A stretch of DNA of 63,960 bases, counting the filler, from Reclinomonas americana ATCC 50394 (taxonomy: Eukaryota): the NCBI GenBank assembly GCA_048213135.1. It is 14 parts of 14 records of this genome, joined end to end, with 100 filler letters (N's around TTAATTAATTAA, not from the genome) between each part and the next. Parts side by side here need not be neighbours in the genome. Positions count along the whole stretch, not along the records: positions 1 to 7,193 come from AFZH01019723.1; positions 7,294 to 10,292 come from AFZH01019724.1; positions 10,393 to 14,130 come from AFZH01019725.1; 11 more parts are not named here. One strand, written 5' to 3'. The translations under genes were made by a program, and so were the position numbers. The notes beneath the pieces were generated by a model. That model ran no database searches. It worked only from the letters and a program-made list of their open reading frames with translations, and was not told where the DNA came from. Positions 1-11,900 of this stretch are shown in pieces. Each line of letters begins with the position of its first letter. The stretch's first letter is position 1.

Positions 1-209
1 AGAGAAAAGTAGGAGCAGCAGACGGTGGCGCTCTTACGACTTTCTCTTTCTCACTCACAGAGAGAGAGAGAGAGAGAGAAGAAGAAGATTGATGCCCCTA
101 TCCCTTACATACATACACGCAGTAACACAGTGTCCCGGCGGCATCTTCTCTCCCTCTCGCCCTTCCTCCCGCTCTCTCTTTCCCAATTCCTGTCTCACCA
201 TCGTATCAG

Positions 210-3200
210 GTGGCCACGGGCATGAACAACCGCGTGTGGTTCTACACCATCGGCCGCGGCACCACGCCGAGTCGATCGGTTGGTGAACGCGAGTACCTCG
301 GCACGGTGGTGCGCATCCAGCTCAATGAGAACGTGGCGGCGGTGCTGTCAGAGTTGCGGCTCCCCCCTTACCTGACTTCTTTTCTTGCGTTGTCTGACGA
401 GCTTGCTGCAGAGGTCGTGTGCTGGTGCACACCATTGATCCGGCGGCGGCCGCCGAGTACCCAGAGCGCGTATTCCCGGAGAGTGACGATGCGCGCGATG
501 CCAGCACGTTCGCCATTGCGGGCTCCTTCCTCGTGTACGCCACCCTCTCTGGCACGATTCACTTGTTCTCGCTGGAGGACTGGGAGAGTGTGTCGCAGTT
601 CCGCTTCGAGTGCGGCATCTCGGCCGTGTACCCGAATCCGCTCGGCACGCGTGTGGTGTTTGTGGACGAAATGCGCCGCGGTTTCCTCTACAACCCCGTC
701 AACAATTTCATCATTCCCATTCCGTACTTCCCCAGTTGCGTTCCACTGCGATTGTCGTGCAGGATCGTCTGTCTGAGGTACTCACGTGTTGGTGCAGACC
801 ACTACCAAAGCGTGCTGTGGGATCGTGCCGACTCCTCGGTGTTTGTGGTCACCGACCAAGGCCACGTGTACACGTACATGTACCACCCGGCCACTCGTGC
901 CGGCCCGAAGGTCGAGCTGTGCAAGGCGCACACTGTGACGCTGCCTGAGGAGCGAGGTTTGTTAGGCTATTTGGTAATACGTTGTCGTGTGGATTTCGTA
1001 ATTCATTGACGATGCGTGTCCAGTGGGTGCCTCGAGCGCCGTGCTGCCTTCTGGCGCCTACACCCCGACGCAGAGCGACTGGGAGAGCTTGTGCCTCATC
1101 AATGGCGTGGTGTACTGCCAGGTTTGCTTTCATTTCCTCGTCGGTTGACAGTTGTCGCCGCTGACATTGCTTGGCAGACACCGGGCGGCACATTCTCCGC
1201 CGTCAATCTCATCTCGCATGCGCTGGTCAGCACCAGCGCCTTTGACCGCATGTCAAACGAGCAGCTCATTCGACGATTCCACAATTTGCTCTCCCTCTAC
1301 CGCCTGCGAGGCACGTGCGCGCCGCGTCTGCTCAAAAAAAGATCCATGCCCTTTGCTAACCGCCGCTGTGTGGTGTGTAGATGCATGGACCATGGCCTGT
1401 GTTATCCAACAGCAGTCGTGCTGGGAGGCACTGACGCAGCGTGCGTTGGACGTGCTCGATATTGATCTGGCCATTCTGGTGTACCGTCACTTGCGCGACG
1501 CCAGCATGGTGCTGGCTCTGGAGAAGATTCGCCACAATGACGAGCGCAATTTCCTCGCCGGCAAGGTCTCCCTGCTGCTCGGCGATTACACGCGAGCACA
1601 GGAATACTTCCTCAAGTCGTCGAACCACTTGGCGGCGCTGGAGATGCGTCGTGATTTGATGCACTGGGATCAGGTGTGTGTGAAGGGGAGAGGGAGGACG
1701 AGAGAGAGAGAGAGAGCGTGGGAGAGAGAAACACATAACGATGGGCTTGCTGTTTGCCTCGATCCACACCGCCACAGAGAGAGAACACCTTGCATGATGT
1801 GATGGTGTGCACTCGCTGCCACTGCACATGAGCTCTACTAGTGGCACATGCGTACGGGCTCACAAACACGCTCCGTGTTTTCGTGTTAATTGTTCCATTC
1901 TCAATCTTCTCTTGATGCCGTCTTCCGTGTCAGGTTTCTGCTGCATTTTGTTCTGTCACTCACTGTCCTTTCTCTCTCTCTCACACACACACACATACAC
2001 ACACTCTCTCTCTCTCTTTGTTTCTTCTTTCGTTCTCGTGTCTTCGTTCAGCTGTTCGTACTCTCGTGATTGGTTCATACTTGCGTGCTGTCTTCTGCCT
2101 TCTCACCCGCTTCCGCTCTGCCTTTCTCCCTCATCCTCCCCCGTCACCCCTCTCCCTTCCCCCTTCCCCCTTCCCCCTTCCCCCTTCCCCCTCCCCCTTC
2201 CCCCCTCCACCCTTCCCCCTTCCCCAGGCCCTCCGCCTGGCAGACACCATGGCACCGGAGCAAGTACCGGAAATCTGCCAAGAGTACGCCCAGCAACTCG
2301 AGTTCCGTGGCGAATACGGACAGGCGGTCAACATGTACGAGCGTGCCCGAGTGGGCCGCTCGCCACAGCAGGACGCCGCCTGCCACGCCGGTATTGCGCG
2401 ATGCACACTGCGACAGGGTGACATTCGCCGCGGTATTCGTTGCGTGCCACCCGCGCACCGTCGGCCTCGTTCTGTTGTTGCATCATCTCACTTTTCTTTG
2501 CTTCACACAGAGTTGGCCTCGGAGAGTGGCAACAGCACTCTCTGCAAGGAGTGCGCGCAGATTTTGGAGGAACTCAAGCAATTCAACGACGCCGGTGCGC
2601 TGTACGAGAAGGCCGAGATGTTTGACAAGGCGGCCGCCATTTACATTTACAACAAGAACTTCACCATGGCGGAGCGGCTGGTACCACACATCAACACACC
2701 GAAGCTGCATCTGCAGCTGGCGCGCGCCAAGGAGAGCGAGGGCAAATTCGAGGAGGCGCTGCTGGCGTACGAGCGCGCTCGCGACATGGACTCGGTGGTG
2801 CGCATCAGTTTGGAGAAGCTCAACCGGCCCGACCGCGTCTTTGCGATTGTGCGTGAGACGCGAAGTGTGGAGTCGGCGTCGTTGCTCGCCAAGTTCTGCG
2901 AGGGTCGTGGTGCGTTATGGGAAATGCGGGGAGACTTTGGAGCACAAGTTTGCTGACATGATAATCGCGCAGGGGACATGGACAGCGCCGTCGAGTTCCT
3001 GCTGCTGGCCAAGCGCAAGGACGACGCATTCCGATTGGCACGGCAGCACAAAAAGATGGAGGTGTACGCCCGGTGCCTGGGCGATGCCGGTATGGAGGCG
3101 GACTTTATTGCCATTGCCGAGTTCTTCGAGGGCATTGGGTGAGTGCTGAAACGAGGGGAAAGGGCGAGAGGGAAATGGATGGTGTTGTGTGGCGTGCTTG

Positions 3201-4982
3201 TATGTACGCTCTGCACGTGTCCCTCTTCTGCTGTCTCGATGTCTCTGACTCTGAGTATCTATCGTTTTTTTACTTTCCCAGCTTTCTGTCAGCTTCTACA
3301 TTCTGTCGTTCCCTGTATCCTGCGCAACGTCTTCTTTTCCTCCTGACTGCCTCTCTTGTGTCCTCTCCTCGCTCCCTTCTCCTCTCTCTCGTTCTTCTTC
3401 CCCCTCTCCTCTTTCCCCTCTCCCTCTCTCTCCCTCTCCTTCGCCTTCCTCCTTCCCCATATTTTCTCCCCCTCTCCCTCTCCTTCTCTTCCCCCGTTCT
3501 CCCTTTCCCCCTTCCCTCCCTCCCTCCTTCTCCCTTCTCCCCTTCCACTTCCCCCTTTCCCTCTCCATCCCCTTCCTCCTTCCCCCTTCCCCCCTCCCAC
3601 TTCCCCCTTCCCCCGTCCCCTTTCCCCCTTCCCCCCTCTCACCCTGTTCCTCCCTTTCTCCCACTTCCGCAGCGACCTCGGCAAGGCCGGCTACTGGTAC
3701 AGCGAGGCGGGCAACTTTGAGCGCGCACTCACTCTGCTCCTCAAGTCGGGCGAGGCGAACATCACCACCGCCATTCAGGTCTCTTTAAACTCGCTAAAGT
3801 GTGGGAGTTTCTTGAAGCCCCTCACTCATCTCTCTCGTGGACAGGTGGTCGGCAAGGCGCGTGACGAAGCACTTACCAACCGGCTGATTGACTACCTCAT
3901 GGGCGATCTTGACGGAGTGCCCAAGGATGCCAACTACGTGCTCAAGCTGTACATGGCGCTCGGCAACTACCGACAGGCGGTGCGCACGGCGCTGTTGATT
4001 GCTCGACAGGAGCAAGTTGCGTCTCAAACGCACCTCACTTCACCTAGTTCCTGCTATTTTCTCATCATCGCCGCACAGGAGCTCGGTAACTACAAGGTGG
4101 CACACGATTTGTTGCTGGAGGCCTATCAGAATGCAGTCAAGTTCAAGGTGCCGATTCCGGCCGACTTGCGGCGGAACCTCATGCTGTTGCACAGCTACAT
4201 TCTTGTCAAGGTGATGTTTTAACGTGAGCGGCTTTCCTGTTGTATTATTCTGCTCCACCGCTCACCTCTTCTTCCTCTCTCGTGCAGCCTCTCGCCAAGA
4301 CCGACCACATGGCGGCGGCTCGCATGCTGCTTCGTGTGTCGAAGAATCTCAGCAAGTTCCCCTCGCACGCGGTGTCCATCTTGACCAGCACAGTTATCGA
4401 GTGCGTCCGTGCCGAGCTGCGCAAGAGTGCCTACGAGAATGCGTGCGTGCTGGTGCGACCAGAGTACCATGCCGACATTGACGAGCGTTTCAAGAAGAAG
4501 ATTGAGGGTGAGTGGGAAGGGATTGCTGTCATGAGTGATAAGAAAACTCACGTGCAATGCAGCCATTGTGCGCAAGAGCAAGGACTGGACGGAGGATGTG
4601 GAGGAGGCCACAACGCCGTGCCCGTTCTGTGACTTTGACTTGTACAACACACAACTCGAGTGCCCCAACTGCAAGAACATTGTCGCGTACTGCATTGCAA
4701 CGGTGCGCTGCTGCCCCTCCCTGTGATCTCTCCTTCCTTGCGCTTCTCTCACCAAAAAAACGCCGCACGCAGGGTCGACACATGGTGGCGAGCGACACCA
4801 CTGTGTGCATCCACTGCCGCTTCCCGGCACTCTTTAGCGAGTTCCTCAAGCTGGCGCAGACGAAACAACCGTGCCCCATGTGCTCCCACGACGTGGAGAT
4901 TGACGACGTCAGGCGAATCACAGAAGGCGTACAGCAGCTGTTGCGCTTCGAGCAGTCAACGGACGAACCGAGCAGCGAGTAA
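210..4982 (+). CDS. WDR19: WD repeat protein 19 / intraflagellar transport protein IFT144 (multi-exon, 5' partial)
   Basis: Exon peptides [101 protein letters not shown] and a C-terminal CPFC..CPNC..YCIATGRHM..CPMC zinc region match recalled WDR19/IFT144 sequence. Short introns separate the exons. Confidence 0.95.
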
Positions 4983-5066
4983 TTGTGCGTGCGCGAGAAG
5001 CAACGAGCAGCCGACGGGAGGGGATGACAGATAGCAGAAAATGTAAACGTGCAGAGAGAATGATGA

Positions 5067-7043
5067 TTATTCTGCTTCACCAACGTCCTCAACTACTGCT
5101 TCGGAAGCCGGCGGCGGTGTCCACTCGTACTGCTTGGCCACCGACCATATTCTCAAGCTGACATCTTGCGGCACGGCAGCGGCCGCCGGCTGCTCGTCGT
5201 CGTCGTTCCACGCAAGGTCTCTTCTCTGCCGCTGACCACTGCACGACAGCAGCGCCGGCACCGTCGGATGAAAGGAGACTCCGTTCGCGGACGTGCCCTC
5301 GTGTGCATCCCACGAGCACTCGAGATGGCCATCCAATAGATCGTACACCTGCGCATGGTGCGTGAGTCGCTGACACGAGAAAGTCGGGCAAGATGGATGG
5401 TCGCAACTCGAATCACGCCATCCGTAGCCCCGCTGGCCAGCCACCGGCCCGACGAGTCGATATCAAACGTGACGCGCTGATTGGTATCCACCCGTCTCTC
5501 CAGTTCGTAGAGCGGGGTGAGCGACGATCGAATGTCCCAACATAGGATCGACGAGTTTTTTCGCCCTGCACTTGTATCATGAGTCTCTCCACACTCTCTC
5601 ACACACGCACACAGTGGATGCACCGACCTCCTGCAAAGAGCAACCGACCGTCGGCCGAGAACTTGACCTGCGTCACACCCTGCCGCTGCGCATCAAAGAT
5701 GGAGATGACATCGAGATCCGAGGCCGAGTACAAGCCGATTTTGCCCGTGTACGCCCCGACCGCCAGCATGTCGGAACCGTCGGGACAGTGTGCAATGGTC
5801 GACAGCAGTCCCTTCTGGCCGCTGTTCACACGATCCCACACTCGTCGCTCGCACAAACAATCGCGCCCCGGTCGCGACACATCAAACGACCGCAGGTGCC
5901 CGTCGAATCCGGCAAAGATACTGTGCCATCACACACGGGTAAGCCATCCAGTCAATTGGTGGTGGTGGTGGCAGGGGAGTGAGAGTACAGACCGTGTTCC
6001 AGTGGTATCAAAGGCCACCGACAGCGCCGCAGTGACCTCATCAACGTGATCGTACGCGCGATAGGTGGCCCGCAGATGCCCCGTGAACGCATCCCACATG
6101 TGAATGGGATGGTCGCGCGACGTGCTCAGCAGTGCACACGTGGTCGCATCGGCCGAGTTCATCCGCGGGTACCACACACAGTCGTACACAGTCTCGCCCT
6201 CGGCGATCACCAGCGAGGAAGACATGACAGCAGACTCGTCTGCGGCGCACCAATGAGCGTAGAGCGACGGAGCAACGATATGCTCTCACGAACGCGCAGA
6301 CCAAACACAGAGTCGGTTGTCGATGCATCGCTGACGAACGGGCTGCAGCAGAGGGAAGGCGGAGTAAGAAAGGGAAGGTCACTCTCCTCTTCTCCTGTCT
6401 CCTCTGCAGGCAGAAGACAGCAACTCATCGACGCTGTAACCAGCCGAGATTTGCAGTGCCTCTGTCTTTCTCTCTCGTCTCTTCCAGGCATGCAGCAGAC
6501 TGCAAACACTGGAGACTTGCTGCGTTCTTGTCTCCCTTCTCTCTTCTAGTCTTCTGCTTTCTTCAGACTGCAACTCGTCGAGACTGGCTCCACTCTTGCC
6601 TTCCTTTCTTTCTCCTGTTAGAGGAGAGGAAGGCCCTGATGCCGGGGATCTCTGTTTCGCCCTCTCTTGTCCTTACAGCATGCAACTGCACTTCTTGCTT
6701 CTCTTCCTTTCTTCTCTTATCTTGTCTCCACAGCATGCAGCTCGTCTAGACTTTTGCCTCCCTTACTTTCTTCTGTTCTCTTGCTATCGCAGTGAGGGGA
6801 AGGCGCATGCAGAAGCTGTCTCTCCCTTTCTCTTATCTTCTCTTGTCTCCTCTGCATGCAGCACACCAAGCCACACAGCAGCACGCACTGCCTACCTCTC
6901 TTCTCCCAGCATCTCTCTCTCTCTCTCACAGTCCACTCACAGATTGAACAAGCGCAGCTTGCGATCCTCTGCATTGGTCAGCACACAAGTCCCATCGGGC
7001 GCCACCCAGCAGCCCTTGAAGAACACACCCGCACCTCCACCCT
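5067..7043 (-). CDS. WRAP53: Telomerase Cajal body protein 1 (TCAB1/WRAP53), WD40 (multi-exon, 5' partial)
   Basis: Peptides [109 protein letters not shown] and CSGQR. Confidence 0.93.
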
Positions 7044-7117
7044 GTCAATGCAAAAGAGAGAACAGAGTCAGCAAACATGCAAGAAATGAGAGAGAGAGAG
7101 AGAAAGGCATGTGTGTA

Positions 7118-7189
<72 letters not shown>

Positions 7190-7193
7190 ACTC

Positions 7194-7293
7194 NNNNNNN
7201 NNNNNNNNNNNNNNNNNNNNNNNNNNNNNNNNNNNNNTTAATTAATTAANNNNNNNNNNNNNNNNNNNNNNNNNNNNNNNNNNNNNNNNNNNN
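7194..7293. other. Artificial assembly gap linker (first of 13: also 10293, 14131, 16180, 19516, 25368, 31247, 33785, 36207, 40361, 44356, 47906, 50291; each 100 nt)
   Basis: N44 + TTAATTAATTAA (stop codons in all six frames) + N44, identical at each site. Confidence 0.98.
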
Positions 7294-7422
7294 TCCTCCT
7301 TCTCCTCCTCCTCCTCCTTCTCCTCCTCCTCCTTCTCCTCCTCCTTCTCCTCCTCCTCCTCCTCCTCCTCCTCCTCCTCCTCCTCCTCCTCCTCCTCCTC
7401 CTCCTCTTTCTTCTTCTTGACA

Positions 7423-7755
7423 GCAACGATTGCAGACAACTGCGGGCTTCACGAAGGCGAGGTCGCGTGTTGACGGAGGAGTACTGGCGACGGATCTGGA
7501 CCGGCTTTGAGTGGTACCGCGATGCGGTGTTGGCGCACGATGGCAACCTGCAGCGCATCGATGGCGAGCGGGCGACGCCGCAGCAGAGTTTCGATATCTC
7601 CCTCGCCTACCTTCTTTCCCATTGGCATGCTGACCATTATTGTGTTGAGCGCAGTGGTGGCAGCAGTGGAGCGCATTCTGCGGCCGTGGGCTCGACGCAA
7701 CCGCGTACTCGAGTTGTACCTTGCAGCTTGCCAGCAGACCTCTTTTGTCCCATAG
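7423..7755 (+). CDS. 3' end of a nicotinamide riboside kinase / uridine kinase-like protein (paralog 1, partial)
   Basis: LTEEYWRRIWTGFEWYRDAVL..LQRIDGERATPQQ|MVAAVERIL parallels the C-terminal part of the adjacent gene (PDYWPEIWRSHIQHSEQVL..LVVLRGD). Confidence 0.5.
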
Positions 7756-7766
7756 TGGTTAGTAAA

Positions 7767-8909
7767 ATGGGTTGTCGAGCGTCGGCCACTCGATCCTCTG
7801 CTCCACCTCCACCGCCTCCTCCATCGCAGAGAGAGTTGCATGCTGATCTGCTCGATGACTTTGCGCGGTAAGCGATCCGTTTGGCGAGAACGAGAGAGAG
7901 GAAGAGAGCGTGCCCTCCTCATCAGCGAATGTCAGATTCTTCCGCACCTTCAGTGCGCGTGTGGATCACTTGGAGTGTCGCCTGCGCATGTGCACGCATC
8001 GTCTGCGCATGTATGCTCCCCATCAGCACAAGCCACCCCTTCCTCTGCATCGTCGGCGGCGTCATCGTCGTCGTCGTCCGTTCATCATGGGAATCACGGG
8101 ACCATCGCGCGCAGGCAAGTCCACAGTCACTGAGGCGCTTTGTCGGCACTTCTCGCTGCTGGCCGAGGGAGAGGAGCTGTGTGCGGGCGATGATGGAGAG
8201 ACAGTGGCGGCCTTGTCGTTCTGCCAGGACGTGTACTTTAGCGAGCAGCGAGTGATGGTCGGCGGAGGCAGTTGGGAGGAACCGTCGACCTTGTCGAACG
8301 CGGCGCTGCTGTCGGATGTGTTGGATGTGCTGGAGGACAGCAGCAGGCCTGCACCTCTGCTGTTGGTGATTGAGGGCTTTCTGGTGTTTCACGAGCCCGT
8401 TGTGCGACACCTCTGCCAAGCGCGCATCTACATCACCGCGTCGGAGGAGGTGTGCCGACAGCGAAGGTTTTGTCGTCACAGTTGTGCGTGCCCGAGTGTT
8501 ATTCCCACGTCACTCACTCGCCGATCGCGAGGGATGCAGAGTCGAGACGACGGGGTGTCCGCCGGACTACTGGCCCGAGATCTGGCGATCGCACATACAG
8601 CACAGCGAACAAGTGTTGTCGACAATGCCCGACTTGGTGGTGTTGCGCGGCGACGCTGGATTGCCCACCGACGAATGTGCGACAGCTCTCATTCGCTGTC
8701 TTGTGTCACCTGTCTGCTCTCTCCTGACCTTCCTCGCAGTGATTCGCCAGCTGGTCCACCATTTGCAACCGTACGTCGCGCGCAGTGATTCCCTCTGCAT
8801 GGCGTGGCCAGTGTTGGACCGAGTGGCGGACAGCGTCCGCGACGATCGACTGGCCGACGAACGTGCACTTGCACGAGCGGCATTAGCATTAACAAGTACA
8901 GTTCATTAG
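7767..8909 (+). CDS. Nicotinamide riboside kinase / uridine kinase-like P-loop kinase (paralog 2, multi-exon)
   Basis: Walker A IMGITGPSRAGKST, CQDVYF, WEEPSTL, LLVIEGFLVF and lid EEVCRQRR. The N-terminus is MGCRAS. Confidence 0.75.
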
Positions 8910-8961
8910 AGGAGGTGATAGAGGAGAGGAGGATTGATTGATTGAAAATAGAAGAAAACGA

Positions 8962-11900
8962 TTAGTATTTGAAGAACGTGGAGCGCTCGTTGTCGGCCTT
9001 GGTGTACACGCGCGCCGATTGCTCCACCGTGTTTTCCATGTGGTCCTCGGCGAAGCAGTGCAGGCCGGCGGCGTCGAGGAAGCCGAGCCAGCACACCTTG
9101 AGGGGCTCAATGACAAAGGCGTGAACGGCAACCGAGATGCCCATGGCCTTGAGCATGGTGCTGATGCCGACGCCCGCTTGCAGCAGATTGTAGGTCAGCC
9201 ACAGGGCGAATCCACTCGCGCCAATGGCCAACAACCACAACAGCGCATACGTCATGTACACGAGGCAGTAGGGCAGGCGGCGATCCTTGCAGCGTGTGCC
9301 CTTGGAGCAGCAGCAGCAACAACACCAGCACAGCAGCGAAGAGTAGTACGAGCGGCAGCAGTTCCGTCGGCGCCTGCCAAAGTACTTGACGCCCACGGGC
9401 GGCTCCAGCGGCACCACTGTCGCATCCAGCAGGTACTTTTGTCGTGCGCGCCCCGACATGGGCGACACGGGCCTTCCGGTCAGCCCCGACGCCATGTCCG
9501 ACGCCGATGGTGAGCCGGGTTCGCCACGTCGCGCCACCGGTGAGCCAGGCGATCCACCCGTCGCCGCACTGGATTCATCGTCCGATGCGGGAGACGAGGC
9601 AGCGGGATCCTGCAGCAGCACTCGGCGATCGCGCATGCCGGGACGCTGACGCAACGCTGACCGCCGACCAGAGCGATTGTGCACGACACGCAGGTGCACA
9701 AAAGGTGACTCTGGCCGCACCACCTCGTCCACCGTGGCGCACATGCCCAAGAACTGAACGTCGCACAGGACCACGTTCATGGACTGTTTGGTGGCGGCGT
9801 AGGATGAAGAGTGAGCGAAGAACGGAGAAGATAGCATTTGCTCCACCAAATTCGGCAACGAAACTTGCGCTGCGCTGGTGGCAGTCTCCGAAGCCACCAC
9901 ACTGACGCCGGCACTCGCGGCGAGATCAAACTTGACGCGACGCACTTCAGCAGAACTGCGTGCGTGACAAGTCAGAAAAACTCCCTCATTTTCTCTCTCT
10001 CTCTCTCTTGGGCAGGTGAGCGCTCACCTCAGCAGCGGCAAGTAGGGGATGGAGCGCAGATTGGGGTCGCGCAGGTACGCTCGGGTCTGCAGAATGATCG
10101 ACTCGGCATCGGCATCGTCACCGTACACCGAGGCACTGGAGACGGTGCCCATGGCTTGCCGATGCTTGCGCCGAATCATGCCTTCGTCGACCACCGTCAC
10201 CACCGAGCCGAGCTCGTCGGGCTCAATCAGCAGCGACCCGCTGACACTGCGAGCGTAAGCCGGAATGCGGAACGGCGCGTACATGCCCGGCCNNNNNNNN
10301 NNNNNNNNNNNNNNNNNNNNNNNNNNNNNNNNNNNNTTAATTAATTAANNNNNNNNNNNNNNNNNNNNNNNNNNNNNNNNNNNNNNNNNNNNGTGGGCAC
10401 AAACCAACTCGACCGCAAAAAATACCAGTAACAGCAATGCCCACAAATCATGCACGCCAGCGCGGCCCACAACACCTACAACTCACACAATCAGCCACAG
10501 TCGCACATCACTGCAAGTGTGCCGATGTTTTTCCCCCGCGCACCGTTAATCTCTGCGTCCGTCGTGCATGGAAACTGCGACGACCTCGCAGCACGGCAAC
10601 CCAGGAATGATCCTGCGCCCAGTTGATGGCATCGTTCCATCGCTCCCACCACGTCCGACTGCTGACGATCTCGACAACAACGTTGACGACACGGCGGAAC
10701 TTGGCAATCGCCACCATGTGCGTGCGCACTTCACGGCGAGTATCCTGGTCGCAGTCGTCGAGCAGAGCGCGAGTGCGTCTCTTTCGCGACTTGCCTGCAC
10801 CCTGTGCTGGTGATGCTACCGACTGGGACGGTGAATGCGCGGCCGAAGATTCAGACATGTTGTCCATGTCTGCGTGAGTGAGTGCAGGTGTGTGAGTTGA
10901 TGAATCTCCTATCACGGAATGCTGCACGGCAACGCACCGATCGACGACTGGCTGCCTCGCAAAAAGCGTACAAACGGACGCCGAGGCCGCTGACCTTGCG
11001 CAGAAGCCGTGTCAGCTTCCTCCTGTAGCGACATTTGACGCGCTCGCAGCTCCGCGGCGATGCTGAACCGCATGCGTTCCTGACTCGTCAGGAGACCACT
11101 TTCGAGGGCACCCAGCTTGCGTCGCTTGATAAGCGCCTGGACCACGTCGCGGATGGAGTAGAGGCCGCGGAAGCGAGAAAGGCCCTGGTGGAGTGGACCG
11201 AAATAAGCAAAGAATTGACGAGTAATGAGAAACGCGCAACGCACCGCCTTGGATTCACGCTGCGCCACCAACTTCTTGATTACGGTGCGCCGCAGCACGG
11301 CATCCTCTTCCGCATCCTTGCGCACGAGAATGCACCACAGAATAACGTACACGATGAAAAGCACTGCACGCGACGCGAATGGAAGCAGTCAGACAGACAG
11401 ACAGACACCAGCGATGCGACGAGAAGTGATTTCTCCACGGACCAACAAGAATCACAAAGATGCCGCTAAACCACAGCTGCGCAGGGCCGGGCAAGATCTC
11501 CGGCGGCGGTACATACGTCAACGCGAGAGAGTCGAACGAAGACATGTCCACGGCAAAGTCGGTCTGCGGAGACGATCGCGAGTGCCCATCAGTGACATTG
11601 TTGCACGGCGACGAGGAGACGCACGAACCATATGATTGCAGGCGCACATGACAGAGAGCGGTCGACCAGTGTTGGCTTCCAGCTGCTTGCTAAAGTGAGC
11701 AGAATGATGACACCAAGAAAAGTGATTTGCAGGGGAACACGAAGTACTTCACCTTGACGTACGACGAGCAACCAGTGGTCAGGTAATCGCTGGTGGTGTA
11801 GTTCATAAACATGCACGGCTGCGCGAGAATAGATGAGTGTCTGGCAGTCAAAAGCAAGCATCACGAGCACGACTAACCTGGAATGAAAACTGCTGCCGCG

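Noticed and set aside
3190..3670. Long Pro/Ser/Leu-, Arg/Glu- or Cys/Val-rich ORFs here and in many other introns
   Set aside because: They are translations of (CT)n, (AG)n, (GT)n and CCCCTT microsatellites, which lack stop codons.
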